A stretch of DNA of 64,000 bases from Escherichia coli (GTDB taxonomy: Bacteria; Pseudomonadota; Gammaproteobacteria; Enterobacterales; Enterobacteriaceae): assembly GCF_024502345.1 (NCBI RefSeq), contig NZ_JALDNN010000001.1; one strand, written 5' to 3'. The notes beneath the pieces are model-generated. The model was not told the DNA's origin and searched no databases. It saw only the letters and a program-made list of their open reading frames with translations. Made by a program: the position numbers and the translations under genes. Positions 1 to 12,041 of the stretch are shown here, piece after piece; the first letter of the stretch is position 1, and every line of letters begins with the position of its first letter.

Positions 1-1064
1 AGCAACGCCGTTTGCCCTTCAAGCTGAAGTGCCATGCGACTTAAGACATGACGCATAAGGGGCTGTTGGATCAATGGATTACCAAAAACATGGCGTTGAT
101 GTGCATGATAAATCGCCAGCGAAAATGCACGGCGCATCATGGCATGGCTACCCAGGGCGCAATCAAAACGCGTCATCCCCCCCATTTTCAGGATCAGACG
201 AATTCCTTCCCCTTCCTGCCCCAATAACCAGCCAATGGCATCCTGAAACTCCACTTCACAACTGGCGTTAGAGCGATTACCCAGCTTATCTTTCAGCCGC
301 TCGAGGCGAATCGCGTTGCGTTGCCCGTCAGGCAAAAAGCGCGGCACAAAAAAGCAGGACAGACCGCCCGCGGTCTGCGCCAGCACCAGATGCGCATCGC
401 TTTGCGGCACCGAGAAAAACCATTTATGCCCCACCAGCCGATAAGAGCCATCTTCCAAACGCTCTGCACGGGTGGTGTTGCTCATGACATCGGAACCGCC
501 CTGCTTTTCCGTCATTCCCATGCCAATCAACAAACCGCGTTTTTGCCCACCTGGCAATAAGTGAGAATCGTAGCGATCGCTCAGCAGCGGCGTGGTCCAG
601 TCCTGAAACGGCGTGGGTAACATCTGTAACAACAATGGCGTGGCGGCAAAGGTCATCGTTATTGGACATAACGACCCAGCCTCAACCTGCGCATGTAACA
701 TAAAACGCGCCGCGCGCGCCACAAATGCGCCGGAGCGAGCGTCTTCTTCCCAGGCAAGATTGTGCACCCGATTGGTACATAGCGCCTGCATCAGCAGGTG
801 CCAGGCGGGGTGAAAACGCACATCGTCCAGACGGCGTCCTTGCGCATCGTAGCGCAATAATTCAGGCGGATTCACATTCGCCAGCCGCCCCAGTTCAAGG
901 GATTCAGCCGTTCCTAACTGCTGACCAATACTGGCTAGAAAATCGCTATCCCAGCCAGCACCTTCACGCGTTAACGCTTCGCAGAGCGCGCCATCAGACA
1001 GGTATAAGTTGCTGTTATTTAATGGTATAGGTTGATTAAAAACGGTGTGAGTTTGCCAGTGCAC
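1..1064 (-). CDS. aidB: AidB, acyl-CoA dehydrogenase-like adaptive-response protein (N-terminal part only; 3' end lies outside the window)
   Basis: An open minus-strand frame runs from the window edge to a GTG at 1062-1064. It translates VHWQTHTVFNQPIPLNNSNLYL at the start and GSHAMMRRAFSLAIYHAHQRHVFGNPLI near position 100, matching E. coli AidB as I recall it. It is truncated, so it is absent from the ORF track. Confidence 0.9.
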   Translation of the reverse strand, partial: MHWQTHTVFNQPIPLNNSNLYLSDGALCEALTREGAGWDSDFLASIGQQLGTAESLELGRLANVNPPELLRYDAQGRRLDDVRFHPAWHLLMQALCTNRVHNLAWEEDARSGAFVARAARFMLHAQVEAGSLCPITMTFAATPLLLQMLPTPFQDWTTPLLSDRYDSHLLPGGQKRGLLIGMGMTEKQGGSDVMSNTTRAERLEDGSYRLVGHKWFFSVPQSDAHLVLAQTAGGLSCFFVPRFLPDGQRNAIRLERLKDKLGNRSNASCEVEFQDAIGWLLGQEGEGIRLILKMGGMTRFDCALGSHAMMRRAFSLAIYHAHQRHVFGNPLIQQPLMRHVLSRMALQLEGQTAL

Positions 1065-1147
1065 TGTGTCTCCCTCCATCAATGGCAGTCACCATTAGTA
1101 TGGTCACTGCCACGGATTCCTGACAGAAAGAGATTGCTAAAACATTC

Positions 1148-2311
1148 TTAGCCAGCAATGTAATGCGGAACAAAACGCGAAGTGTCTTTAGTGATCAGCG
1201 TGTTATCTTCGCGGATACCCATACCGCACGCTTCATCATCGACAATCCAGCTACCAATCAGCGTATAACTATCGCCAAATCGCGGTAGCGGTTGAAACGC
1301 CTGGTAGATCATCGGTTCATCGGCGTAATCACCATCAGCGTGGTCAACAACGTTATTCTTGCCGTCAAAAATGGTGACGTTGCCGCCTTCGCGCGAATAG
1401 ATTGGTTTACGCACATAGCTTTCGCCAGCGGCAATCTGCGGTTTCTCGCCATCGAACCAGGACGCAAGAAGATTAGGATGACCAGGAAAGAAGCGCCAAA
1501 GCAGCGGCATTAACCCTTTGTTGCTCAAAATACTTTTCCATAACGGTTCCACCCATTGCTCGCGACGCTTGCGCAGCAGCGGACCGTTATCGTCACGCAT
1601 CATCCACTCCAGCGGATACAGCTTAAATGCACGCTGGATGACATTATCATCAAGATCGGTCAGTACGCCGCCGACGCCCAAACCGAGATCTTCAATGTAG
1701 ATAAACCGCGACTCCTGCCCTGCCTGCTGGGCGCAGTCCTGCAAGTACAGCACGGTACTCCTGTCTTCATCGGTGTCCTGACAGCAGCAAAAATAAAACG
1801 GTTCCCGACTGTAAAGCTCGCTAAAGCGTGAAATCAGGCGTTCCTGAATAGCATTGTACTGATCGGCATCACGCGGAATAATGCCGCTGCGCCGGGCATC
1901 CTCCAGCCACAGCCACTGGAAATAAGCCGACTCGTACAATGAAGTTGGCGTATCGGCGTTGTACTCCAGCAGCTTCACCGGCGCATTGCCACACCAGGCA
2001 AAATCCATCCGTCCATACAGCGAAGGATCGCGGGCGCGCCAGCTTTCAGCGATCACATCCCAGTACAACGGCGGGATCGCCAGTTGCGTCAGGATCTCTT
2101 CATCTTTTACCGCGCGATCCACCACCTCAAGGCACATCTGATGCAGTTCCGCAGTCGGTTTTTCGATCTGCTCTTCAATCTGGCGCAGAGTAAAGCGGTA
2201 AGCCCGACTCTCATCCCAATAGATTTCATTGTCGATGATATGAAAGTCGAAACCGTTGTCAGCAGCGATCTGGTCCAGATCCCGTCGCACAGGAACGTTG
2301 TGTCTCAGCAT
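1148..2311 (-). CDS. yjfC: YjfC, glutathionylspermidine-synthase-like ATP-grasp protein
   Basis: ORF 1148..2326 trimmed to the ATG at 2311 (MLRHNVPVRRDLDQIAADNG..., 387 aa as in K-12). A GGAGG Shine-Dalgarno lies inside the yjfM 3' end, and the gap to the yjfM stop is 2 nt. Confidence 0.9.
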   Translation of the reverse strand: MLRHNVPVRRDLDQIAADNGFDFHIIDNEIYWDESRAYRFTLRQIEEQIEKPTAELHQMCLEVVDRAVKDEEILTQLAIPPLYWDVIAESWRARDPSLYGRMDFAWCGNAPVKLLEYNADTPTSLYESAYFQWLWLEDARRSGIIPRDADQYNAIQERLISRFSELYSREPFYFCCCQDTDEDRSTVLYLQDCAQQAGQESRFIYIEDLGLGVGGVLTDLDDNVIQRAFKLYPLEWMMRDDNGPLLRKRREQWVEPLWKSILSNKGLMPLLWRFFPGHPNLLASWFDGEKPQIAAGESYVRKPIYSREGGNVTIFDGKNNVVDHADGDYADEPMIYQAFQPLPRFGDSYTLIGSWIVDDEACGMGIREDNTLITKDTSRFVPHYIAG

Positions 2312-2313
2312 GA

Positions 2314-2952
2314 TTAGCCTCCCCAATGCCCACGGGCGCTGGAAGAACGACCATAGCCGCCGCGAGAAACGGTTGACGCTTTTTTGGTGGTAAAGCCGCC
2401 TGAAGAGTAAGACTCTTTTTTGCCAGAACCGGAGCGCCAGGAGTAATCACCGGAAGTGTTGCGCCAGACGGGGCGGGAAGCAAATGAGGATCCGCCGCTG
2501 TTATAGACGAACGGCTCATCGCGATCTTTACGAATAACCCGGCTTAACAAAAATCCAGAAACGACCGGGATCCAACTCTGTTCAACATTGTCGTAGTAGC
2601 AATTTTCGTACTTAGACTGACAGTTCTGCTGAGTCATATTCTTCGGAACATCGGCATAAAATGCCGCTTTGGCGTTGTTCCAGCCACGCGCGCAAATGTC
2701 GGCATTATTACCGTCATCAATACAATCCTGCACTGTCGAATAAAACGTTCCGTCGCCGTCGTTATCGACATCGCCACTATCGCCACAACCTTTCAATACA
2801 AAAAAAGCGGCACCGCCCATTAGCGCCAACGTTAAGTATTTTTGTGCGTAGCGATTGCGACGCGGTTCAAAAGGATTATTCGGTCTACCAATGCGACTGA
2901 TCGCCCCGTGACCAATTTTACTGTTATTTCTTGATTTGCGTTTTCTGGCCAT
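2314..2952 (-). CDS. yjfM: YjfM, uncharacterised protein (DUF1190 as I recall)
   Basis: 212-aa ORF whose translation and synteny match K-12 YjfM. Confidence 0.85.
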   Translation of the reverse strand: MARKRKSRNNSKIGHGAISRIGRPNNPFEPRRNRYAQKYLTLALMGGAAFFVLKGCGDSGDVDNDGDGTFYSTVQDCIDDGNNADICARGWNNAKAAFYADVPKNMTQQNCQSKYENCYYDNVEQSWIPVVSGFLLSRVIRKDRDEPFVYNSGGSSFASRPVWRNTSGDYSWRSGSGKKESYSSGGFTTKKASTVSRGGYGRSSSARGHWGG

Positions 2953-2961
2953 GATCGTCCA

Positions 2962-3360
2962 TTACCATGTCATACAGGCTGCGTTAAAAATACCGCCAGC
3001 CAGTGCGGCGGTTCCCATAAACATTCCTGCAGCGGTATTGTGATTAATAATTTTTTCGCTTAATGCGGGCATATAAAGTCTGACACCAGCAAAAACGAGT
3101 AACTGAATCACCAGTGCAATCCCGCCCCAGGCGAAATAGTCTGGAATACTCACCGCATTGATTGCCGCACTGGATAAGGGGATCACGTAACCCAACAATG
3201 TACCGCTGAATGCCAGTGACGCCGCGGTATTATTGTTTTTGATTAATTGCCATTCGTTGTGCGGTGTAATTTTGGAGTAGATAAACAGAAAAATAATCAC
3301 CATAGCCACGCCAATAAAAAAATAGGCACTAAAGGCAAGAAGTGAATCCAGTATATGCAT
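2962..3360 (-). CDS. yjfL: YjfL, small multi-pass membrane protein (DUF350 as I recall)
   Basis: ORF 2962..3441 trimmed to the ATG at 3360 (MHILDSLLAFSAYFFIG..., 132 aa). The translation is a hydrophobic, TM-rich protein. Confidence 0.85.
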   Translation of the reverse strand: MHILDSLLAFSAYFFIGVAMVIIFLFIYSKITPHNEWQLIKNNNTAASLAFSGTLLGYVIPLSSAAINAVSIPDYFAWGGIALVIQLLVFAGVRLYMPALSEKIINHNTAAGMFMGTAALAGGIFNAACMTW

Positions 3361-3377
3361 TGTAAACGTCCTTGTAA

Positions 3378-4037
3378 TTAACCAATAATATGAAGTGATG
3401 TCAGCGGGATATCGACACCCAACGCGCGCGAAAATAACCACTCTGGCTCGCCGAGATCGTTAAAAGATTCCTCACCATTTAATAGCAAATATTCGTAAGT
3501 ATCTTCAGTCACTTGCCGTTGGTAGCCCATGGTAAAATTATGGAGCTCCCATTTAGCATGATTTTGATTTTCTACTTTTTCCAGCATGTAGACGGGTTCG
3601 ATATTTCCCGGTTCTTCGCTGTTAAAAAATCGCTGCCAGCGTTTTTCCTGCCAGTTTAAGGTCATTGCCCCCATCGTTTTGGCGTTGATCGCCTCGCGCC
3701 AGTGACTCTCTTTACTGATACCGTAGCTCTCTTCATAGACAAAGAGCTTGATATCATCAATGTCATCAATATCTTCGCCGCCGGTGGTATTGATTTGCAG
3801 AAACTCATCGCCTGAAGTGTAGTAGCGGAAAATCTGACTACCGCCGCCCAGATCGATGTGGCTGACAGCGGCTACCGTAAATTCCTCACCCGGCAGCGCA
3901 ATCAGCAATTCATCTTCCAGCAAACGAAACGCTAACGTGTCGAGCGTAAAGCCACTATTGAGATGAAGTCCCAGCGGACCGCGAGCGATAGCAGGCTTAT
4001 TATCCTTGCCAAACAGACGCTGGAAAAAACCAGACAT
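3378..4037 (-). CDS. yjfK: YjfK, uncharacterised protein (DUF2491 as I recall)
   Basis: 219-aa ORF in the same synteny as K-12. Confidence 0.85.
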   Translation of the reverse strand: MSGFFQRLFGKDNKPAIARGPLGLHLNSGFTLDTLAFRLLEDELLIALPGEEFTVAAVSHIDLGGGSQIFRYYTSGDEFLQINTTGGEDIDDIDDIKLFVYEESYGISKESHWREAINAKTMGAMTLNWQEKRWQRFFNSEEPGNIEPVYMLEKVENQNHAKWELHNFTMGYQRQVTEDTYEYLLLNGEESFNDLGEPEWLFSRALGVDIPLTSLHIIG

Positions 4038-4086
4038 ATTTTATCCTTAAAATAGTTACCAGCCTTGCAGTGAGGCTGGCAAAAAA

Positions 4087-4785
4087 TTACTCGCCCTGTT
4101 GGCGTTGCAGTCTTGCTAATACATCCTGGGCGCTACTTTTATTGCTACCGCCAATTCCGGCTTCCGCCAGCTTTTCGTCAAGGTCGCGACCGTCTGCGAC
4201 TTTCTCCAACCGTGCGGCAGCATCCAGGCGAGCCTGACGTTCGGCCTGACGCGTTTGCAGGCGTTTTAAGGATTCTGCCGCTGTCGAAACGCTGGAAGAT
4301 GCGCCAACGGTAGAGGTTGTTACAGCCTGTTGTGCACGCTGCATGGCTTCAGTGGCTTTAACGACTTCCATTTGCTGCTCAAACTGAGCGATACGCTGCG
4401 CTGTCGCTGTAACTGCTTTTTCCACGCCATCACGGGAGACTTCCAGATTCGACAACACTTGCTCTTCAGCGGTAATGAGATTCTCAAGGCGCGCGATTTC
4501 TTCAGCAACTTCGTTAATCAACGACGGATTAACGTTCTTGCTTAACGCTTCCAGCGCACGGGCTTCCAGACTGGCTTTGCGCTCACGTAAATCTTTCAGC
4601 TTATCGTGACTTAATTTCACCCGCGCCAGCAGATCAACGCGAGATTTTCCGGCTTTATCGAGTTCAGCTTTAGCGTCACGAATATGCTGTTCCAGCATGC
4701 GCACACCCTGGGTTTCTTCAATGGACTCTTCCGCCTGGGAGATAAACGATTTCCCCAGCGTAAATAAACTTTTTAAAATTCCCAT
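4087..4785 (-). CDS. yjfJ: YjfJ, PspA/IM30-family coiled-coil protein
   Basis: 232-aa ORF with a long heptad-like helical sequence (MGILKSLFTLGKSFISQAEESIEE...) typical of the PspA/IM30 family. It matches K-12 YjfJ. Confidence 0.9.
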   Translation of the reverse strand: MGILKSLFTLGKSFISQAEESIEETQGVRMLEQHIRDAKAELDKAGKSRVDLLARVKLSHDKLKDLRERKASLEARALEALSKNVNPSLINEVAEEIARLENLITAEEQVLSNLEVSRDGVEKAVTATAQRIAQFEQQMEVVKATEAMQRAQQAVTTSTVGASSSVSTAAESLKRLQTRQAERQARLDAAARLEKVADGRDLDEKLAEAGIGGSNKSSAQDVLARLQRQQGE

Positions 4786-4803
4786 AAATACCCGTCCTTG
4801 TAA

Positions 4804-5205
4804 TTAGTGTGAATATTCTTCTGTAATTTCAGCCAGATCCAATGCGTTATCTACCAGCGAGGTTATCTCAAGCAGGATATCTTCAAGAGAAGATTTAAGC
4901 GATAACGCCCCGAAAACAATGTAATACTCTTCCTGTTGCACGCTGGAGATTCCTACCGATGACAACGGCATCATCTTCTGATTTCTTAATAAGAAGGTAT
5001 TAAATTCATCTGGATTTCTGATACTACTTACCGGACAAATAAAGGTTTCGATAATCATTTGGCGGGAAGTAAAAAGAATATTGATTTGCAAATCGCCATA
5101 ATCATTCATTTTAATAATTAATGCGTTCTCGCTATTTGTTACATCAATATTTTGTTCAGGTACAGTTTGCAGCGCCGTCGCCAGCGCCAACGGATTCCAT
5201 GTCAT
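4804..5205 (-). CDS. yjfI: YjfI, uncharacterised protein (DUF2170 as I recall)
   Basis: 133-aa ORF, the first gene of the co-oriented yjfIJKLMC string. Confidence 0.85.
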   Translation of the reverse strand: MTWNPLALATALQTVPEQNIDVTNSENALIIKMNDYGDLQINILFTSRQMIIETFICPVSSIRNPDEFNTFLLRNQKMMPLSSVGISSVQQEEYYIVFGALSLKSSLEDILLEITSLVDNALDLAEITEEYSH

Positions 5206-5284
5206 ATATTATTCCATATAGATTAAGTTTAAATATTAATAAAATGAATATTTGCAATACGTAATTATCTTACCAGCTATAGAC

Positions 5285-5312
5285 AAAAAAAAACCATCCA
5301 AATCTGGATGGC
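5285..5312 (-). terminator. Rho-independent terminator downstream of rlmB
   Basis: On the minus strand, the stem CCATCCA/TGGATGG (5294-5300 / 5305-5311) is followed by a run of nine U (plus-strand A-run 5285-5293). Confidence 0.65.
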
Positions 5313-5331
5313 TTTTCATAATTCAGAGGAA

Positions 5332-6063
5332 CTAGCTGCGCTGACGAACCGCTTCAAATAAGCAAATTCCGGTTGCAACCGAAACGTTCAGAGAAGAAAC
5401 ACTTCCTGCCATTGGGATGCTGATCAACTCATCGCAATGTTCACGGGTCAGGCGACGCATACCTTCACCTTCCGCGCCCATCACCAGCGCCAGGCGTCCG
5501 GTCATTTTGCTCTGATAGAGTGTATGATCCGCCTCACCTGCCGTACCGACGATCCAGATATTCTCTTCCTGCAACATACGCATGGTGCGCGCAAGGTTAG
5601 TCACCCGAATCAGTGGAACGCTTTCTGCCGCGCCGCAGGCTACTTTTTTCGCCGTGGCGTTGAGCTGTGCGGAGCGATCTTTCGGCACAATCACCGCGTG
5701 AACGCCAGCAGCGTCCGCGCTACGCAGGCACGCGCCGAGGTTGTGCGGATCGGTTACACCGTCGAGGATCAGCAGGAACGGTTGATCGAGCGAAGCGATC
5801 AGATCCGGCAGATCGTTTTCCTGATACTGACGTCCTGGCTTCACGCGGGCGATAATGCCCTGATGCACGGCACCGTCGCTTTTCTCGTCGAGATATTGGC
5901 GGTTTGCCAACTGGATAACCACGCCCTGAGACTCAAGGGCGTGAATCAGCGGTAACAGACGTTTATCTTCACGGCCTTTTAAAATAAAGACTTCCTGAAA
6001 ACGTTCAGGGGCGCGCTCCAGCAGGGCCTGCACTGCGTGGATGCCGTAAATCATTTCGCTCAT
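5332..6063 (-). CDS. rlmB: 23S rRNA (Gm2251) 2'-O-methyltransferase RlmB
   Basis: 243-aa ORF of the SpoU/TrmH family whose translation matches K-12 RlmB. Confidence 0.95.
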
Positions 6064-6087
6064 TAATGTACTCGTTGTTTACGTTTT

Positions 6088-6186
6088 GCCTGATGCACTA
6101 CGTTTATCCGGCCTACATGATCCCTGCAATATATTGAATTTGCGTGATTATGTAGGCCGGATAAGGCGTTCACGCCGCATCCGGCA
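6088..6186. repeat. REP/BIME element (two inverted REP units)
   Basis: GCCTGATGCACTACGTTTATCCGGCCTACA and TGTAGGCCGGATAAGGCGTTCACGCCGCATCCGGCA are canonical E. coli REP sequences in inverted orientation. Confidence 0.85.
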
Positions 6187-6243
6187 TGAACAAAGCGCAT
6201 TTTGTCAGCAATCTAACCCTCTTCTGTTTGAAGAGGGTAATGA

Positions 6244-8685
6244 TCACTCTGCCACTTTTTTCTTCGCCGCACGCTTCGCTTTGGTCGCTGCGGCTATTTT
6301 CTGCGTTTTCGCCGATGGCTTTTTCGCTTTTCTCGCGTCTTTCTTCGCTGCTTTCGGCTTCGTTTTTTTCTCACCGCGGAAGGCGCTGTCTGGCTCAAAG
6401 TTTACCTTTTTACCGACCTGACGACGCTTGCCGCTTTTTTTGCCTGCATCGCCTTTTTTCGCTTTCTCGCGCGCCGTTTTACCGACGTTGCGCGGTGCGC
6501 GTTCGCTGGAGATCAGGCTAAAGTCGATTTTGCGCTCGTCCATATTAACCGCTTCGACGCGAACTTCCACGCGATCGCCCAGACGATAAGTCTGGCCGCT
6601 GGATTCACCCATCAGCCGTTGCCCTACCTGGTCAAAGCGATAGTAGTCATTGTCCAGCGAAGAGACATGGACCAGACCATCAATGAATAAGTCGTCCAGA
6701 CGGACAAAGAATCCAAAGCCAGTGACGCTGGAAATTACGCCTTTAAAGACGTTACCTACCTGGTCGAGCATGAAGTCACACTTCAGCCAGTCAGCCACAT
6801 CGCGCGTTGCTTCGTCGGCACGACGTTCCGCCATCGAACAGTGCTGACCCAGTTGCAGCATTTCTTCCATCGAATAATGGTAGCCGCCGGTTTCAGTGGT
6901 GTTGCCCTGATGCCCCTGCTCTTTCGCCAGCAGATATTTAATGGCGCGGTGCAGCGTCAGGTCTGGATAACGACGAATCGGCGAAGTAAAGTGCGCATAG
7001 GACTGCAATGCCAGGCCAAAGTGACCACGGTTTTCTGGATCGTAAATCGCCTGTTTCATCGAGCGCAGCAGCATGGTTTGCAGCATTTCTGCATCAGGAC
7101 GATCGGCAACCGACTCCAGCAGCTCCGCGTAGTCACGCGGTTCCGGCTTGTTACCGCCCGGCAGTTCCAGCCCCAGCTCCGCCAGTACTGAACGGAAAGA
7201 GGTAATCGCTTCGGTGCTCGGCTTGTCGTGAATACGGAACAATGCTGGTTCTTTGGCTTTCTCAACGAAACGCGCCGCCGAGATATTCGCCAGAATCATG
7301 CACTCTTCAATTAACTTGTGTGCGTCGTTACGCTGAGTCTGTTCGATACGCTCAATACGGCGTTCAGCGTTGAAAATAAACTTCGCTTCTTCGCTCTCAA
7401 ATGAGATCCCGCCACGTTCTTCACGGGCTTTATCCAGCACTTTATAGAGGTTATGCAACTCTTCGAGATGCTTAACCAGCGGAGCGTACTGCTCGCGCAG
7501 ATCCTGATCGCCCTGCAGAATATGCCAGACTTTGGTGTAGGTCAGACGCGCGTGAGAGCTCATCACCGCTTCGTAGAATTTGTAGCCCGTCAGGCGGCCT
7601 TTCGACGAAACCGTCATCTCGCACACCATACACAGGCGGTCTACCTGCGGATTGAGCGAGCACAGACCGTTAGAGAGCACTTCCGGCAGCATCGGGATAA
7701 CCTGCGAAGGGAAGTACACCGACGTACCACGATTACGCGCTTCTCTATCCAGCGGCGTTGGCGGACGCACATAGTAGCTGACGTCGGCAATCGCGACCCA
7801 TAAACGCCAGCCGCCGCCGCGTTTTTTCTCGCAGTAAACCGCATCGTCAAAGTCACGGGCGTCTTCGCCATCAATGGTGACCAGCGGTAAATCGCGCAAA
7901 TCGACACGGCCCGCTTTTGCTTCTTCCGGCACTTCTTCTTTCAGCCCGGCAACCTGTTGCTCAACAGCCTGCGGCCAGATGTACGGAATTTCATGGGTAC
8001 GCAGAGCGATATCAACCGCCATGCCGGTGCCCATATTGTCGCCCAGCACTTCGACGATTTTACCCACCGCTTTGGTACGGCGAGTCGGGCGTTGGGTCAG
8101 TTCAACAACCACCACAAAGCCCATCCGCGCGCCCATGATCTGATCGGGCGGGATTAAGATATCGAAGCTCAGACGGCTATCGTCAGGAACCACAAAGCCG
8201 ACGCCCGCTTCGGTAAAGTAGCGACCAACAATCTGGCTGGTTTTTGGCACCAGTACGCGGACAATACGCGCTTCACGACGACCTTTACGGTCAGCACCCA
8301 GCGGCTGAGCCAGCACCTGATCGCCATGAATGCAGGTTTTCATCTGCTCGCTGGAGAGATACAAATCATCTTTACGCCCTTCAACCCGCAGAAAGCCGTA
8401 GCCATCACGGTGGCCAATAACGGTACCTTTCACCAGGTCGAGGCGTTCCGGCAGCGCATAGCACTGACGACGAGTGAAGACCAGTTGACCATCGCGCTCC
8501 ATCGCGCGCAGGCGGCGACGCAGGCCTTCAAGCTGCTCTTCGCCTTCAATGTGCAGTTCTACCGCCAGCTCATCACGGCTGGCCGGTTTTTCACGTTTGG
8601 TTAAATGTTCGAGGATAAATTCCCGACTAGGGATGGGATTCGCGTATTTTTCAGCTTCGCGTTCCTGGAAAGGATCTTGTGACAT
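6244..8685 (-). CDS. rnr: Ribonuclease R
   Basis: ORF 6244..8727 trimmed to the ATG at 8685 ([23 protein letters not shown]..., 813 aa) with a GGAGG Shine-Dalgarno upstream. It has an RNB-family core and a lysine-rich C-terminal tail. Confidence 0.95.
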   Translation of the reverse strand: MSQDPFQEREAEKYANPIPSREFILEHLTKREKPASRDELAVELHIEGEEQLEGLRRRLRAMERDGQLVFTRRQCYALPERLDLVKGTVIGHRDGYGFLRVEGRKDDLYLSSEQMKTCIHGDQVLAQPLGADRKGRREARIVRVLVPKTSQIVGRYFTEAGVGFVVPDDSRLSFDILIPPDQIMGARMGFVVVVELTQRPTRRTKAVGKIVEVLGDNMGTGMAVDIALRTHEIPYIWPQAVEQQVAGLKEEVPEEAKAGRVDLRDLPLVTIDGEDARDFDDAVYCEKKRGGGWRLWVAIADVSYYVRPPTPLDREARNRGTSVYFPSQVIPMLPEVLSNGLCSLNPQVDRLCMVCEMTVSSKGRLTGYKFYEAVMSSHARLTYTKVWHILQGDQDLREQYAPLVKHLEELHNLYKVLDKAREERGGISFESEEAKFIFNAERRIERIEQTQRNDAHKLIEECMILANISAARFVEKAKEPALFRIHDKPSTEAITSFRSVLAELGLELPGGNKPEPRDYAELLESVADRPDAEMLQTMLLRSMKQAIYDPENRGHFGLALQSYAHFTSPIRRYPDLTLHRAIKYLLAKEQGHQGNTTETGGYHYSMEEMLQLGQHCSMAERRADEATRDVADWLKCDFMLDQVGNVFKGVISSVTGFGFFVRLDDLFIDGLVHVSSLDNDYYRFDQVGQRLMGESSGQTYRLGDRVEVRVEAVNMDERKIDFSLISSERAPRNVGKTAREKAKKGDAGKKSGKRRQVGKKVNFEPDSAFRGEKKTKPKAAKKDARKAKKPSAKTQKIAAATKAKRAAKKKVAE

Positions 8686-8723
8686 CTCGGTTCCTCCGTT
8701 GTCATCTCTGATGAAGATTTTCG

Positions 8724-9149
8724 TCACTCCACCAGCAATAATTTATAAAGCGGTTGATTCTCTTCAACCAAATCGGCAAGCGTGTAGTTATCCAGTTCCG
8801 TAAGAAAACTTTGCACGGCCTTAGAAAGCGCCTGTTTCAACCGACAGGCAGGTGTAATGTGGCAAAACTCACTGCTGCAATTCACCAGCGATAAGGGCTC
8901 CAGCTCGCGCACCACATCACCAATACGTATCGCACTCGCCGGTTTACCCAGGCGAATGCCGCCATTTTTTCCACGAACAGCAGTCACGTAGCCGGCACGA
9001 CTAAGTTGATTGATTATTTTGACCATATGATTACGGGAGACGCCGTAGACGTCAGTCACTTCAGAAATACTGGTCATCCGCCCTTCTGGCAATGACGCCA
9101 TGTAGATCAGCGCACGTAATCCGTAATCAGTGAAACTCGTTAACTGCAC
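8724..9149 (-). CDS. nsrR: NO-sensing Rrf2-family repressor NsrR
   Basis: 141-aa ORF ([31 protein letters not shown]...) with an Rrf2 helix-turn-helix and a C-terminal Cys cluster. Confidence 0.95.
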
Positions 9150-9353
9150 ATCAACCTCAAAAGGGAAATCGGGAAAAAATACATTTATATTGATGATAAA
9201 CCAGCCACAAGCTGTGTCGCTAATTTATTTCAGTTCGGGGAAGGAAAAAAGCGAGGATTTAACACTGTGTCGGATAGCGTAATGGCTTAACCGACACAGC
9301 AATGTATCACACTGTTAGCCCGGCAGGCAAAATATCTGCCAGGCGTACCAGAA

Positions 9354-10655
<1,302 letters not shown>

Positions 10656-10755
10656 TCAAAATCACCGTTTGCTTAAAAATGGATTCTACCATCGCTTTTT
10701 CAGAGTTACAGCACTTTTTGCACTCAAAAATGACCTCGATCAGTCTGTTTTTTGT

Positions 10756-10953
10756 TCAGCCAATCGTTTTCCTCAACATGTAGTAGACCACAACGCCCGC
10801 AACCACAAGTCCACCGCCAAAACGACGTAAAATATTATCGGGCAAATTGGTCATCGCAGAGATCATCTTCTTCCATGCCTTCGGGTAAAGCATCGGCCCT
10901 AAACCTTCCAGTACCAAAACCAGGGCAAGCGCCAGCCAGATTGTCGAATTCAT
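10756..10953 (-). CDS. yjeT: YjeT, small membrane protein (DUF2065 as I recall)
   Basis: 65-aa hydrophobic ORF located between hflC and purA, as in K-12. Confidence 0.8.
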   Translation of the reverse strand: MNSTIWLALALVLVLEGLGPMLYPKAWKKMISAMTNLPDNILRRFGGGLVVAGVVVYYMLRKTIG

Positions 10954-10968
10954 TCATTATCCTTATAG

Positions 10969-11006
10969 AAAAAGAAAACCACCGACATCCCTGAGGATGC
11001 GGTGGC
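10969..11006 (-). terminator. Rho-independent terminator after hflC
   Basis: On the minus strand, the stem CCACCGCATCC/GGATGTCGGTGG (one bulge) is followed by UUUUCUUUU. Confidence 0.55.
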
Positions 11007-11034
11007 TTTATTGACCTGTACCGCAGTCGTTATA

Positions 11035-12039
11035 TTAACGCGTTGCGGAAGTCGGCGTCTTCATATAGCGGAAGAAATCGCTATCCGGGCTCATGACCAT
11101 CACGTCCTGATTGCCAGAGAAGCTGTTCTCATAAGCACGCAGGCTACGGATGAATGCGTAGAAGTCCGGATCTTTACTGAATGCATCAGCAAACAGTTTG
11201 GCTGCTTCGGCATCGCCTTCACCACGCATGATACGGCCCTGACGCTCAGCTTCTGCCAGCGTTCTGGTCACTTCATAGTCGGCAGTCGCGCGCAGTTTTT
11301 CCGCTTCTTCCTGACCTTGTGAACGGTGACGACGCGCTACCGCTTCACGCTCGGCGCGCATACGGTTGTAGATCGCTTCAGACACTTCGGTCGGCAGGTT
11401 GATCTGCTTGATACGCACATCGACAACTTCAATACCCAGCGCCGCCATACTGTTCGGGTTGATGACCGGAACTTTGCCCTTCGTCTCAGCCGTTACGCGC
11501 TCTGCCGCTTCGGCAATGGCGTTATCTGCCGCCGGGGTAGTAACTTCATCTTCTGTACCCGCAGAACCGGAGTTCAGCGCGTCACGTACTTCGAGGGTCA
11601 GACGACCACGGGAATCAGTGACGATATCTTTCACGTCCAGGCGACCAATTTCAGAACGCAGACGGTCAGAGAACTTACGTTTCAACAGCACTTCCGCTTG
11701 CGAAATGTCGCCACCACCCGTTGCCAGGTAGTAACGGCTGAAATCGCTGATGCGCCATTTGATGTAAGAGTCGACGATCAGGTCTTTCTTCTCTTTGGTC
11801 ACAAAGCGGTCGGCCTGGTTGTCCATGGTCTGAATACGTGCGTCGAGCATTTTCACCGTTTCAATGAACGGTATCTTGAAATGCAGACCCGGCTCATAAA
11901 CCAGAGGTTTGTTGTCATCGTCACGCAGTACCTTACCAAAACGCAGCGTAATACCGCGCTCACCTTCTTTGACGACAAAGACAGACATGTAAAGCACTAC
12001 CAGCACGATGATGATAATCGCGATAACTGACTTACGCAT
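11035..12039 (-). CDS. hflC: HflC, SPFH-family modulator of FtsH
   Basis: 334-aa ORF that matches K-12 HflC. It starts 2 nt after the hflK stop. Confidence 0.95.
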   Translation of the reverse strand: MRKSVIAIIIIVLVVLYMSVFVVKEGERGITLRFGKVLRDDDNKPLVYEPGLHFKIPFIETVKMLDARIQTMDNQADRFVTKEKKDLIVDSYIKWRISDFSRYYLATGGGDISQAEVLLKRKFSDRLRSEIGRLDVKDIVTDSRGRLTLEVRDALNSGSAGTEDEVTTPAADNAIAEAAERVTAETKGKVPVINPNSMAALGIEVVDVRIKQINLPTEVSEAIYNRMRAEREAVARRHRSQGQEEAEKLRATADYEVTRTLAEAERQGRIMRGEGDAEAAKLFADAFSKDPDFYAFIRSLRAYENSFSGNQDVMVMSPDSDFFRYMKTPTSATR

Positions 12040-12041
12040 CG

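Noticed and set aside
6244-6520. Lys/Ala-rich low-complexity coding repeats, with mirrored plus-strand ORFs at 6086-6521. The poly-Pro run in amiB (about 18850-18890) and the GGM repeats at the groL 3' end (about 42103-42140) were considered with them.
   Set aside because: These are the normal low-complexity tails and linkers of RNase R, AmiB and GroEL, not independent repeats or genes.
9240-9300. Inverted repeat CTGTGTCGG...CCGACACAG downstream of purA, considered as a terminator.
   Set aside because: The loop is 19 nt and the U-tract is interrupted (UGUUAAAUCCUCGCUUUUUU), so it is too weak to call with confidence.
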